This document shows, one piece after another, positions 22,482 through 33,350 of a stretch of DNA of 41,802 nucleotides. The stretch is taken from contig JBKJLC010000007.1 in NCBI GenBank assembly GCA_046597055.1, forward strand, positions 1 through 41,802. The letters run 5' to 3'. Under the pieces are notes generated by a model. The model worked only from the letters and a program-made list of their open reading frames with translations. It did not search any database and was not told the DNA's origin. Position 1 is the stretch's first letter. Every line of letters begins with the position of its first letter. The stretch comes from Kofleriaceae bacterium. GTDB taxonomy: Bacteria > Myxococcota_A > Polyangia > Haliangiales > Haliangiaceae. The position numbers and the translations under genes were made by a program.

Positions 22482-23135
22482 CTACTTGCAGCCCCGGTAG
22501 GCCGCGGCCTCGGTCTTGTAGGTCTTGTTGGTGGTCTTGACCAGCTTGGGACCCTTGAGCTGGTAACGACGGATGGTGTGGGTGCCGTCGCTGTTCTCGA
22601 GCCAGTGGAACAGCACGGCGGCCTTGGCCAGCGCCGCGCGATCGTCGACGATCTCGCAGCCCTTGCCGCGCCAGTAGACGTCGTCGTACTCCATGAACAG
22701 GCGCAGGCGATCGCCCTTGACGCCGTGCTGCGCGTACTTCTCGCGGACCGCGGCGTCGCCCTCGGCCTTCGCCTGCTTCGAGCGCTCGCCGTAGCTCTTG
22801 CTCCAGGCGATCAGCGCGTCGCAGTACTTTTGCTTGCCGTCGGCCAGGGTCACCTCGTCGGCGACGACCTTCACCTTGGCATCAGCCGGCACGCCGCCGG
22901 CGAGCGCGGCGTCGACCGCAGCGCCGCAGCTGCGACCGGCCTCGGCGGCCCCGTTGATCCACTCGATGCCGACCTTGCCCGGCTCGAAGCCGTTGACGAT
23001 GTCGAGCTTCTGGCGACCGCTGGCGAGCGCGGCGCCCGCCTTGTCGAGCAGCTGCTGGCGGGCGGCGTCGTCGGCGGCGGCCGGGGCCGCGAGCGACGCG
23101 GCGAGGAGGAGACCGATCGAGAGCCTGCGAGTCAT
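22482..23135 (-). CDS. Hypothetical secreted protein (alternative starts 23174 and 23183)
   Basis: Signal peptide MTRRLSIGLLLAASLAAPAAA; typical codon usage; four Cys. Confidence 0.75.
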   Translation of the reverse strand: MTRRLSIGLLLAASLAAPAAADDAARQQLLDKAGAALASGRQKLDIVNGFEPGKVGIEWINGAAEAGRSCGAAVDAALAGGVPADAKVKVVADEVTLADGKQKYCDALIAWSKSYGERSKQAKAEGDAAVREKYAQHGVKGDRLRLFMEYDDVYWRGKGCEIVDDRAALAKAAVLFHWLENSDGTHTIRRYQLKGPKLVKTTNKTYKTEAAAYRGCK

Positions 23136-23179
23136 GGTGATGAGCCGGCTGCTGCGCGGCGTGGCGTGGGTCATGGCGC

Positions 23180-24334
23180 TCACTTCTTGCTCGGCTTCCC
23201 GCCCTTGGCGCCCTTGGGCGGCGCGAGCTCAATCGGGCCCTTGGCCTTGCCCAGCTTCATCGCCTTGCCGGTGGCCGGATCGCTCCACGGCCGCCCGTAG
23301 AACCCACCGGCCTTCAGCGCAGCCGGGTCGAACCCGAGGTCGGTGACGTCATCGGGGAACGACACCGTGATCATCGACTCCGAGCCCGGAAGCTTCAGCC
23401 CGGCCGCCTGCTCGGCGTGAGGCAGGATGCGCCCATCGGCGACCATGAACGAGAACGTCCGGAGGACCTTGCCGCTCTTGCGCCAGTCGCACGACCACGC
23501 GCCCGGGTGCTCGTCGAGCAAAACGGTGTCCTTGCCCGCGTAGCCAGCGCGGAGCGTCTCCTTCTTGCCCCATACGACCCCACCCACCTTCATCGCGAAC
23601 TTCCGGAAGCTGACGTGGTGCTTCGGCCCATTCACGTCGCGCCAGTCGGTGGCTTCGGCGACGAGGCTGTAGCCGGTGCCACTGCCGAAGTCGCCCACCT
23701 TCTTGCCGTCGACCGAGCAGCGCAGGGTGTCGCCGGTGATCGGCTCGCCTTCGCCGTGCACGCCCCATGTCTGCAGCGACAGCGTTCCGTTGGCGTCGCC
23801 TCGATCGGCGTCGTGCCACATGATCGCGCTACCGAGAAGATCGAGCGGCATGATCTGGTAGTGCGGGTAGTGCAGGGTCTTCTTGCCACGCTGGTACCAC
23901 TGCCAGAACCGCCCGACCTTGAGATTCATGGTGTGAAGGATGTGGGTCTTGTCCTCGGAGTCGTCGACGAGCGACAGGACGGCCTGCACCGCACCGTAGG
24001 TGTCGAGCGCGCTCGCCTCGGGCTGGGTGCAGTCGAACGAGGCACCGCCATCCCCGGGCGAGGCGTCGCACTCGATCGTGGCGAGGGTCTTGCCGCCGCC
24101 CTTCCACTCGATGACCACGCGATCGGGGCGTGCGACGTCGCCGATGATGGCGCCGTTCATCCGCACGACGTACTTGCTGTCGATGCCTTTGGCGGTGTCG
24201 TTGCGAACTCCACCGAGGCTGATGGTGAGCTCGGGGAGGTCGAGCACGAAGTCGTTGTCGGCGGCCGCGGTGCCGGCGCCGGCCAGGAGGGTGGTGCCGA
24301 CGACGGCGGAGACGAGGGGGAGCTTCCACGACAT
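23180..24334 (-). CDS. Hypothetical secreted beta-rich protein
   Basis: Signal peptide ending AGTAAA; AAGGA RBS; long ORF with protein-like composition. Confidence 0.8.
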   Translation of the reverse strand: MSWKLPLVSAVVGTTLLAGAGTAAADNDFVLDLPELTISLGGVRNDTAKGIDSKYVVRMNGAIIGDVARPDRVVIEWKGGGKTLATIECDASPGDGGASFDCTQPEASALDTYGAVQAVLSLVDDSEDKTHILHTMNLKVGRFWQWYQRGKKTLHYPHYQIMPLDLLGSAIMWHDADRGDANGTLSLQTWGVHGEGEPITGDTLRCSVDGKKVGDFGSGTGYSLVAEATDWRDVNGPKHHVSFRKFAMKVGGVVWGKKETLRAGYAGKDTVLLDEHPGAWSCDWRKSGKVLRTFSFMVADGRILPHAEQAAGLKLPGSESMITVSFPDDVTDLGFDPAALKAGGFYGRPWSDPATGKAMKLGKAKGPIELAPPKGAKGGKPSKK

Positions 24335-24434
24335 GCGGGATCCTTCGGCCGGGGGGATGTCGTTCCCGGCTCTGTGCCCGCTCCTGTCGGAGCTACCCCG
24401 CCGCGGTTGCGCGCGGGGCTGAAAATAACTGCGG

Positions 24435-26378
24435 TCAGAGCTCGATCTGCAGGCCCAGCTCGACGACGCGGTTCGGCGGGAGGCCGAAGAAGTCGGTGGG
24501 CGGGCGCGAGTTCTTGCTCATGAACGTGAACAACATCTTGCGCCAGCGCGCCATGCGGGTGCGACCCGAGGTGAGCAGCGTCTGGCGGCCGAGGTAGTAG
24601 GTGGTCGTGGCCGGCTCCGCGACCAGGCCGTCGTCGGCGCAGCGCGCGAGGAAGTTGGGGACGTTGGGCGTCTGCATGAAGCCGACCCGGGTGACCACCC
24701 GGTAGAAGCCGTGGCCCAGATCGCGGACCGACATCGACTTCGCGGGCGACACCCACGGCACGCCCTCGGTGTTGATCGAGAGCAGCACGACCTGCTGGTG
24801 CAGGACCTGGTTGTGCTTCACGTGGTGCATCAGGACGTTGGGGATGCCGCCCGGGTTCGAGGTCATGAACACCGCGGTGCCGCGGACCCGGTGCAGCGCC
24901 AGCGTCTCGGGGTCGCCGAGGAACAGCTCGTCGGGCAGGTTGCCCTGGTCCATGACCCGCGACAGCTCGGTTCGACCGCGCCACCAGGTCGTCATCGCGA
25001 GGAAGATCAGCAGCCCGAAGGTCAGCGGCAGCCAGCCGCCGTGGTGGATCTTGGCGAGGGTCGAGCTGAAGAACGTCAGCTCGATCGCGAGGAAGAGGAT
25101 CAGCATGAGCACGCTCGGGCCGAGCGGCTTCTTCCACAGATCCTTGCGGACCAGGAAGTAGAGGAAGGACGTGATCGCCATCGTGCCGGTGACGGCCACG
25201 CCGTAGGCCCCGGCCAGCGCCGTGCTCGAGCCGAAGCCCAGCACGACCGCCACGCACGCGAGCATCAGCCCGTAGTTCACCTCGGGGATGTAGATCTGAC
25301 CCTCGGCGCGGGCCGAGGTGTGGACGATCGTGACCCGCGGTGCGTAGCCGAGCTGGACCGCCTGGTTGGTCAGCGAAAAGGCGCCCGAGATCAGCGCCTG
25401 TGACGCGATCACGGCGGCCAGCATCGCCAGTCCGACCAGGTAGTAGAGGAAGGGTCCGCGCTCGACCAGCTGGAAGAACGGGTTGGTGATGGTGCCGGGC
25501 GGGGCGAGCAGCAGCAGCGCGCCCTGGCCGAAGTAGCAGAGCAGGAGCCCGGGGAAGACGATCACGTACCAGGCGTACCGGATCGGGGTCCGACCGAAGT
25601 GACCCATGTCGGCGTACAGCGCCTCACCGCCGGTGATGACGAGGACGACCGAGCCGAGCAGCAGGAAGCCGCGACTGCCGTTGTGAGTCAGGAACTCCCA
25701 GCCGTAGACCGGGTTGACCGCCTGCAGGACCTGGGGGGCCTGGACGATCCAGCGGGCGCCCGCGATCCCGATCGAGACGAACCACAGCAGCATGATCCAG
25801 CCGAACACCGAGCCGATCCGGTGGGTGCCGAAGCGCTGGACCATGAACAGGCCGACGATGATCGCGACCGTGATCGGGACGACGAAGTCCTCGAGCTTGT
25901 GGGTCGCGACGCTGAGGCCCTCGACCGCGCCGAGCACCGAGATCGCAGGCGTGAGCACGCCCTCGCCGTACAGGAGGCCGGTGCCGAACAGCGCCAGCAG
26001 GATCGGCACCCCGAGCCGCAGCCGGTTCTGCGAGCGGCGGCTGGCGACCAGCGCGGCGAGCGCCTGGATGCCGCCCTCGCCCTTGTTGTCGGCGCGGAGG
26101 ACGAAGGTCAGGTACTTGACGACGATGACCAGGGTGAGCGACCAGAACACCAGCGACAGCACGCCGAGCACGTTGCCGTGGGTGGCGGGCGCGCCATGCA
26201 CGCCGGTCAGGCACTCCTTCATCGCGTAGAGCGGCGAGGTGCCGATGTCGCCGTAGACGACGCCGAGCGCGCCGAGCGAGACGAGCGCCAGCTCCTTCTT
26301 GCTCTTGTAGCCGTGTCCTCCATGGTGCTCGGCGGCGGCGGCGGCGGTGGCTTCGTCAGGACTGGCGACGGTGGTCAT
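24435..26378 (-). CDS. kup: KUP/HAK/KT potassium uptake transporter
   Basis: LGVVYGDIGTSPLY, ADNKGEGG, LTPAISVL, TGGEALYADMGHFG, GQIYIP and YYLGR motifs. Confidence 0.97.
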   Translation of the reverse strand: MTTVASPDEATAAAAAEHHGGHGYKSKKELALVSLGALGVVYGDIGTSPLYAMKECLTGVHGAPATHGNVLGVLSLVFWSLTLVIVVKYLTFVLRADNKGEGGIQALAALVASRRSQNRLRLGVPILLALFGTGLLYGEGVLTPAISVLGAVEGLSVATHKLEDFVVPITVAIIVGLFMVQRFGTHRIGSVFGWIMLLWFVSIGIAGARWIVQAPQVLQAVNPVYGWEFLTHNGSRGFLLLGSVVLVITGGEALYADMGHFGRTPIRYAWYVIVFPGLLLCYFGQGALLLLAPPGTITNPFFQLVERGPFLYYLVGLAMLAAVIASQALISGAFSLTNQAVQLGYAPRVTIVHTSARAEGQIYIPEVNYGLMLACVAVVLGFGSSTALAGAYGVAVTGTMAITSFLYFLVRKDLWKKPLGPSVLMLILFLAIELTFFSSTLAKIHHGGWLPLTFGLLIFLAMTTWWRGRTELSRVMDQGNLPDELFLGDPETLALHRVRGTAVFMTSNPGGIPNVLMHHVKHNQVLHQQVVLLSINTEGVPWVSPAKSMSVRDLGHGFYRVVTRVGFMQTPNVPNFLARCADDGLVAEPATTTYYLGRQTLLTSGRTRMARWRKMLFTFMSKNSRPPTDFFGLPPNRVVELGLQIEL

Positions 26379-26469
26379 GGCGGACGCAGCGCGTCCGAGG
26401 TCGGATAACACGGTCCGGTGGGGACCGTCGAGCGCCGCGGGCGCGACCGTGCTTCGACCGCTGGGTGGG

Positions 26470-26498
26470 TTGACTTCGGAGGCTCCGAGGGCTATCGA
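26470..26498 (+). promoter_or_regulatory. Possible sigma70-type promoter for the liv operon, with a dyad in the spacer
   Basis: TTGACT-N17-TATCGA; TCGGAG-G-CTCCGA palindrome at 26476-26488. The -10 match is weak. Confidence 0.3.
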
Positions 26499-26524
26499 CG
26501 GTCGCACCCCGCAGGAGAACGTCC

Positions 26525-27733
26525 GTGAATCTCACTAGTTGGTGGCGTCGGCGCAACATCCTCTCGATCCTCGCGCTGGCGGCGGTCGTCTCCGTCGGTG
26601 GCGGCTGCGATCAGAAGCGCAACAAGTCGGGCGGCGGCGGCGGCGGCAGCGCGGCCACCACCGCCACCGGCGCCGTGCTGGTCGGCCACTTCGCCTCGAT
26701 GACCGGCTCGGAGGCCACGTTCGGTCAGTCGACCGATCAGGGTATCCGGCTCGCGATCGAGGAGCGCAACGCAGCGATCGACGCCGGCACCCTCAAGGGC
26801 CGCAAGATCACGCTGAAGACGCTCGACGACGCCGGCAAGCCGCAGGAGGCTGGCACCGCGGTCACCCGCCTGCTGACCGAGGACAAGGTGGTCGCGCTTC
26901 TGGGCGAGGTCGCCTCGGGCCTGTCGATGGTCGGCGGCCAGATCGCGCAGAAGTACGGCGTGCCGATGATCTCGCCGTCGTCGACCAACCCGCAGGTCAC
27001 CCAGATCGGCGACATGGTGTTCCGGGTCTGCTTCCTCGACGACTTCCAGGGCATGGTCATGGCCAAGTTCGCGCGCGAGGAGCTCAAGGCCGGCAAGGCC
27101 GCGATCCTCTTCGATCAGGGCCAGCCGTACTCGAAGGGCCTGGCCGACTACGCCGAGAAGGCGTTCAAGGAGATGGGCGGCACCGTCGTCACCCGTCAGG
27201 CCTACGGCTCGAACGATCCCGACGTGTCGGCGCAGCTGGCGACGATCAAGGAGGCCAACCCCGACGTGATCTTCCTGCCCGGCTACTACACGCAGGCCGC
27301 CAACATCATGCGGCAGGCGCGCAAGCTCGGGATCACGGCGCCGTTCGTCGGTGGCGACGGCTGGGACTCCGACAAGCTCGAGGAGATCGGCGGCGACGCC
27401 GTCCAGGGCAGCTACTACTCGAACCACTACTCCCCCGAGGAGGAGCGGCCCGAGGTGCAGAACTTCGTGAAGAACTACAAGGCCAGGTACGGCACGGCGC
27501 CCGACGGGCTGGCCGCGCTCGGCTACGACGCCGCCAACCTCCTGTTCCAGTCGATGGACCGAGCCGCGTCGCTGGGCGGCAAGGAGCTCGCCGCCGCCAT
27601 CGCGCAGACCAAGGACTTCGCGGGCGTGTCCGGGGCGATCACCATCGATCCCAAGCGTGACGCGTCGAAGTCGGCGGTCGTGGTGAAGGTCGAGAGCGGC
27701 CGGCGCGTCCCGGTCAAGCGCTACGCCCCGTAG
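26525..27733 (+). CDS. Branched-chain amino acid ABC transporter substrate-binding (lipo)protein, LivJ/K-like
   Basis: MTGSEATFGQ, LLGEVASG, PMISPSSTN, FRVCFLDDFQG, GGDGWDS and ALGYDA motifs. AGGAG RBS. Confidence 0.93.
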   Translation: MNLTSWWRRRNILSILALAAVVSVGGGCDQKRNKSGGGGGGSAATTATGAVLVGHFASMTGSEATFGQSTDQGIRLAIEERNAAIDAGTLKGRKITLKTLDDAGKPQEAGTAVTRLLTEDKVVALLGEVASGLSMVGGQIAQKYGVPMISPSSTNPQVTQIGDMVFRVCFLDDFQGMVMAKFAREELKAGKAAILFDQGQPYSKGLADYAEKAFKEMGGTVVTRQAYGSNDPDVSAQLATIKEANPDVIFLPGYYTQAANIMRQARKLGITAPFVGGDGWDSDKLEEIGGDAVQGSYYSNHYSPEEERPEVQNFVKNYKARYGTAPDGLAALGYDAANLLFQSMDRAASLGGKELAAAIAQTKDFAGVSGAITIDPKRDASKSAVVVKVESGRRVPVKRYAP

Positions 27734-27750
27734 CCACGAGGGGAGCCCCG

Positions 27751-28671
27751 ATGACCAAGCTCGTCTCGGTCTGCCTCCAGACCCTCACGCTGGGTAGCCT
27801 GTACGCGCTGATCGCGCTGGGCTACACGCTGGTCTACGGCGTCCTCCGCTTCATCAACTTCGCGCACTCCGACATCGTCACGATCGGGGCCTGGCTCGCG
27901 TTCGTGATCGCGGGCGCGGTCGGCTGGGCCGGCACCGACTCGCCGATCTTCGCGATGCCGGTGATCCTGCTGGTCTGCATGGTCGCGTGCGGGCTGCTCG
28001 GCATCACGATCGAGCGGCTGGCCTACCGGCCGCTGCGCGGCGCGCCACGTCTCAACGTGCTCATCACCGCGATCGGCGTGTCGCTGCTGCTGCAGAACAC
28101 CGGCGCGTTGCCGTGGGTGTTCGGCACCCAGCCCGAGACCATGCCCAAGCTGTTCAGCGAGAAGGCCCTGTTCTCGATCGCCGAGACCCAGGTGCCGCTG
28201 GTCGACGTGGTCGTGGTCGGCCTCGCGATCGTGCTGCTGGTCGGGCTGCAGTGGCTGGTGTTCCGCACCCGGCTGGGCCAGGCGATGCGGGCGGTGTCCT
28301 TCGACGAGCGGACCGCGTCGCTGATGGGCATCAACGTCGACCGGGTCATCTCGATCACGTTCGCGATCGGCTCGGCGATGGCCGCGGCCGGCGGCGTGAT
28401 CTACGGCCTGCGCTACAACCAGCTGACCCAGACCGCCGACGCGATGTGGGTGCTCCTGGGGCTCAAGGCGTTCGTGGCTGCGGTCGTCGGCGGCATCGGC
28501 AACGTGCGTGGCGCGGTCGCCGGCGCGTTCCTGATCGCGTTCATCGCCAACTTCGGCGCCGCCTACGGCTCGCCGCACCTGCGCGACGTCTACGTGTTCG
28601 GCATCCTGATCGTGGTGCTGCTGGTCAAGCCGGGTGGCCTGCTCGGCAAGGCGACGGTGGAGAAGGTATGA
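27751..28671 (+). CDS. livH: BCAA ABC transporter permease LivH
   Basis: GSLYALIALGYTLVYGVLRFINFAH, LITAIGVS and GLKAFVAAVVGGIG motifs. Confidence 0.93.
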   Translation: MTKLVSVCLQTLTLGSLYALIALGYTLVYGVLRFINFAHSDIVTIGAWLAFVIAGAVGWAGTDSPIFAMPVILLVCMVACGLLGITIERLAYRPLRGAPRLNVLITAIGVSLLLQNTGALPWVFGTQPETMPKLFSEKALFSIAETQVPLVDVVVVGLAIVLLVGLQWLVFRTRLGQAMRAVSFDERTASLMGINVDRVISITFAIGSAMAAAGGVIYGLRYNQLTQTADAMWVLLGLKAFVAAVVGGIGNVRGAVAGAFLIAFIANFGAAYGSPHLRDVYVFGILIVVLLVKPGGLLGKATVEKV

Positions 28672-29794
28672 AGACCCTCGCCGAGCGCGCGGCCGCGCAC
28701 CGCCGGCCGCTGCCGCACGCGCTGGTCGGCTCGCTGTGGCCGATCATCGCCGGCATCGTCATCGCGTACCTGATGCAGGCCGCGCTCGCGCCGCTGCTGA
28801 GCGACTTCCACGGCAAGCTGGTGGTCGACATCGGCATCGCGATCATCCTGGGGGTGTCGCTCAACATCGTGAACGGCTACGCCGGCCAGTTCTCGCTCGG
28901 CCACGCCGGGTTCATGGCGATCGGCGGCTACGCCGCGGCCGCGCTGGTCTTCTACGGCGGGCTCAAGCTGTGGGGCCTGCCCGAGGAGGGCGGGATCAGT
29001 GGCCTGCACGGCGGCTTCCTCGGGCCCGGCGAGCTGCTGCTGTTCGCCGGCTGCCTGGTCGGCGGCCTGTTCGCGGCGCTGGCTGGCTGGGTGGTCGGGC
29101 TGCCCTCGCTGCGCCTGCGCGGCGATTACCTCGCGATCGTCACGCTCGGGTTCGGCGAGATCGTGCGGGTCCTGCTCGAGCAGGGCGAGGACGTGGTCAC
29201 CGACCTGGCCCGGGTCGAGGCGGCCAGCCCGGTCTCGCTGATCGACAACCTGGGCGGCGGCTTCGGCTTCCAGTACACGCCCGACTACATCGATCCCAAG
29301 AACCCGTTCTGGGTGTGGCTGTTCGTCATGATCGTGCTGATCGCGGCGTACCGGCTCAAGATGTCGAGCAAGGGGCGCGCGCTGCTGGCGGTGCGCGAGA
29401 ACGAGATCGCCGCCGAGGCGATGGGCATCCAGACCACCCGGGTGAAGGTGAACGCGTTCGTGGTGTCGGCGTTCTTCGCCGGCATCGGCGGCGCGCTGTA
29501 TGCCCACGAGCTCGGCAACAGCTTGCGCCCGGCCGACCTCGGCTTCCAGAAGTCGATCGACCTCGTGATCATCGTGGTGCTGGGCGGCATGGGCTCGATC
29601 ACCGGCGTGGTGGTGGCGGCGACCGGGCTCACGATCCTGCCCGAGGTGTTCCGCGAGTTCTCCGACTACCGGATGATCGTCTACGCGCTCGCGCTGATCC
29701 TGATGATGATCCTGCGGCCGCAGGGGCTGTTCGGGATCCGCGAGCTGTGGGAGTTGAGCGCCTGGCGCAAGCTGTTCCGCCGCGGAGGCCGCGC

Positions 29795-29798
<4 letters not shown>
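28668..29798 (+). CDS. livM: BCAA ABC transporter permease LivM
   Basis: GYAGQFSLGHAGFMAIG, LRLRGDYLAIVTLGFGEI and VVLGGMGS motifs. ATGA overlap with livH. Confidence 0.93.
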
Positions 29799-30663
<865 letters not shown>

Positions 30664-30664
<1 letters not shown>

Positions 30665-31377
30665 TGGCGATGCTCGAGGTCAGTGGGCTCGAGGTGCGCT
30701 ACGGCGGCATCCACGCGCTGCGCGGCGTGTCGTTCTCGGTCGAGCAGGGCCAGGTGGTGACGCTCATCGGCGCCAACGGCGCCGGCAAGACCACGACCCT
30801 GCGCGCGATCTCGGGGCTGCTGAAGCCGTCGGCCGGGACCGTGCGGTTCGGCGGCAGGGACATCACCGGGCTGCCGGCGCACCAGATCGTCGCGATGGGC
30901 CTGGCCCACGCGCCCGAGGGCCGCGGCATCTTCGCCAACCTCACGGTCGACGAGAACCTCGAGATCGGCGGCTATCTGCGGCGCGACCGGGCCGCGCTGG
31001 CCAAGGACCGCGCGCACGCGCTCGAGCTGTTTCCGCGCATCCGCGAGCGCCTGACCCAGAACGCCGGCACGCTGTCGGGCGGCGAGCAGCAGATGCTCGC
31101 GATCGCGCGCGCGCTGGTGCAGCGGCCCCGCCTGCTGCTGCTCGACGAGCCGTCGCTCGGGCTGGCCCCGACGATCGTGCAGCTGATCTTCAAGATCGTG
31201 CGGACCATCGCCGCCGAGGGCACGACCATCCTGCTGGTCGAGCAGAACGCCCACATGGCGCTCAAGGTCGCCTCGGTCGGCCATGTGCTCGAGGTCGGCG
31301 CGCTGGTGAAGACCGGCCCGGCCCGCGAGCTCGCGGCCGACGACGCGATCCGCAAGGCCTACCTCGGCGTGCACTAG
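30664..31377 (+). CDS. livF: BCAA ABC transporter ATPase LivF
   Basis: LIGANGAGKTT, PEGRGIF, LSGGEQQMLAI, LLDEPSLGLAP, VEQNA and AYLG motifs. Confidence 0.95.
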
Positions 31378-31380
31378 CCC

Positions 31381-31411
31381 GGGTCAGGGGCCGTCGACCG
31401 GGGCGCGGGCG
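31381..31411. repeat. 31-bp direct repeat, left copy (partner at 33351-33381, 1 mismatch)
   Basis: GGGTCAGGGGCCGTCGA[C/G]CGGGGCGCGGGCG; matches the last codons and stop of the histidine kinase gene. Confidence 0.9.
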
Positions 31412-31559
31412 CCGGCCGCAGCGACCGCGATCGGTGGCCAGCGCTCCGACGATCTTCGACCTGGACGACGGCGCGACCGGCTTGCTGCACGGCGTGGCCG
31501 GCGGAGAGCCTCTCATTGCTGCGTAGACCCGCCCGTGCGAAGCTGAAGCGCGGCGTACC

Positions 31560-31687
31560 GGCCCACGCGCCCGAGGGCCGCGGCATCTTCGCCAACCTCA
31601 CGGTCGACGAGAACCTCGAGATCGGCGGCTATCTGCGGCGCGACCGGGCCGCGCTGGCCAAGGCCTACCTCGGCGTGCACTAGCCCG
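31560..31687 (+). pseudogene. Internally deleted duplicate fragment of livF
   Basis: 31560-31663 is identical to 30903-31006, and 31659-31687 is identical to 31353-31381. The two pieces join at a CAAGG microhomology. Confidence 0.9.
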
Positions 31688-31727
31688 TGCTACGCCGCCG
31701 GAACTGACCTGCGCGATCAGCCGGTCA

Positions 31728-33035
31728 TCAGAAGATGATCTGGCCGCAGGTCCCGTCGGTGCCACACGCCGTGGCGTCGCAGCACGGGTTCTGCGCATCG
31801 CAGGCCTGGCCGTAGTTCGCGCACCCCTGCGGAGGACCGCAGGTGCCGGCGCCGCCAACGATGGTGCACGGCAGACCCGAGCAGCAATCGACCGAGTTCG
31901 TGCACGTGCCGCCCTGCGCGACGCACGTGCCGCTGCAGACGAGCGTCCCAGTGGCGTCCGGCGTACACGGCAGGCCACAGCAGTCATTGCTCGTCGCGCA
32001 CTGCATCCCGACTTGCGCCTGCGGATTGGCGCAGTCCACGGCGGGGCCGCAGCGTGGGATGCCGAGGTTGTCCTGATGGCAGGTGTCCAACTGGTTGACG
32101 TTGCCGGCACAGCAATTCGCAGTGGCGTTGCACGACTCGGTGCGGAGCCGGCAGATCATCCCGGCTGCGGCGCACGTGTTGCCGTTGTCGCAGCGCCCGA
32201 AGGCGTAGCCCGGTTCCTTCCGGCACATGACGTCGGTCGTCGCGCCGTCGGGATTTCCGATCGACCCGCAACAATCGTTGTCGGCGTCGCAGACCTCACC
32301 CGTCGGCTTGCAGCCGCTGGGAGGCTGGCAGACCAGCACGCCGGTCGGCCCGAACGGGAAGCACGCGCGGCCGCAGCACTCGCCGCCGCAGATCGGAAGC
32401 GGCCCGCCCATGTAGTCGGCGCCTGCGCCACAGACCTCGCCTGCGCTGGTACAGCCGCCGCCGCCGCTGGACGGCACCACGATGCAGGTGCCGAGCGTCT
32501 CGCCTGTGGTGATGCTGCAGGCGCCACCACAGCACTCGACGTCGGTCGTGCAGGTATCGCCGACCTGCGTGCAGTACGACGGGGCGTTGTTGCAGACGCC
32601 GTCTTTACAGAAGCTCGAGCAGCACTCGCTGTTGCCGCCGCACGTATTGCCCGACGTTCTGCACGTCAGGTTCAGTGGCGCACACGTGCCGCCCGAACAC
32701 TGGCCACTGCAACACTCGCCGTCGCCGCCGCACGCCACGTTGTCGGACGTACACTGACTTCCCGAACACTGGAAGTCGACGCACGAGAACGAGCAGCAGT
32801 CGGCACTCGACAGGCACTGCGCGTCCGCCGCGAGGCACTGGCCCGGGATGCGCGCGCACTTCATCGTCAGGGCGTCGCAGTTGTTCGTGCAGCAATCGCC
32901 GTCGACCGCGCACGCGACCCCGGGGCCCGTGCAGTCGGGAACTGGGTTGGGGCCATCCGGGTTGGAGGCGGCTCCGTTGCCGTCACCGCACGCCGCAAAC
33001 AAGAGGAGCACTACCGCGACCAAGGCGTGTCTCAT
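31728..33035 (-). CDS. Cysteine-rich repeat lipoprotein (tandem C-x6-C-x5-CC knottin-like modules)
   Basis: MRHALVAVVLLLFAAC lipobox; about ten repeats such as CTGPGVACAVDGDCCTNNC and CRTSGNTCGGNSECCSSFC. Confidence 0.88.
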   Translation of the reverse strand: MRHALVAVVLLLFAACGDGNGAASNPDGPNPVPDCTGPGVACAVDGDCCTNNCDALTMKCARIPGQCLAADAQCLSSADCCSFSCVDFQCSGSQCTSDNVACGGDGECCSGQCSGGTCAPLNLTCRTSGNTCGGNSECCSSFCKDGVCNNAPSYCTQVGDTCTTDVECCGGACSITTGETLGTCIVVPSSGGGGCTSAGEVCGAGADYMGGPLPICGGECCGRACFPFGPTGVLVCQPPSGCKPTGEVCDADNDCCGSIGNPDGATTDVMCRKEPGYAFGRCDNGNTCAAAGMICRLRTESCNATANCCAGNVNQLDTCHQDNLGIPRCGPAVDCANPQAQVGMQCATSNDCCGLPCTPDATGTLVCSGTCVAQGGTCTNSVDCCSGLPCTIVGGAGTCGPPQGCANYGQACDAQNPCCDATACGTDGTCGQIIF

Positions 33036-33350
33036 GGAAACATCTTCGCCGCAGTGCGGGTGCTGCTGCCGCAGATTCGCCCACCTACATCGGTGCCAGC
33101 AAGCCAGCCGTGACGCGCGCCGGCTGCTCGGATCGGCGAGAGGCTGATCCGGCCGCAGATTCCATTGCTGCTGTACGCGGTGCGGTCGCAACAGGGTTCT
33201 TCGCATACACGCCTGGCGGCAGCTTGCGCCCGAGCGCCGAGCGCCGAAGAAGACAAGCCGGGCTCCCGAGCGCGCGCGCCAAGCCGCCGAGCCGCCGAGC
33301 GCTCAGGTCGCCACGATGGGTAGGATCATGAGTGCCCCGGGTCGGCCGGT

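Noticed and set aside
8177..26378. Functional link between the DHH phosphoesterase and kup via c-di-AMP
   Set aside because: The genes are about 15 kb apart in separate transcription units, and DHH substrate specificity cannot be read from the sequence.
26379..26524. c-di-AMP (ydaO) riboswitch upstream of kup
   Set aside because: I could not find the conserved riboswitch motifs on the minus strand, and the 146-bp gap is shared with the divergent liv promoter. An Infernal search with RF00379 would settle it.
30903..31687. livF duplicate as a DGR template/variable repeat pair
   Set aside because: The copies are identical, with no adenine-specific mismatches, and there is no reverse transcriptase in the window.
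33225..33305. Short GCCGAGC-type repeats upstream of the Cys-rich gene
   Set aside because: Short, irregular and GC-rich; not distinguishable from low-complexity sequence without statistics.
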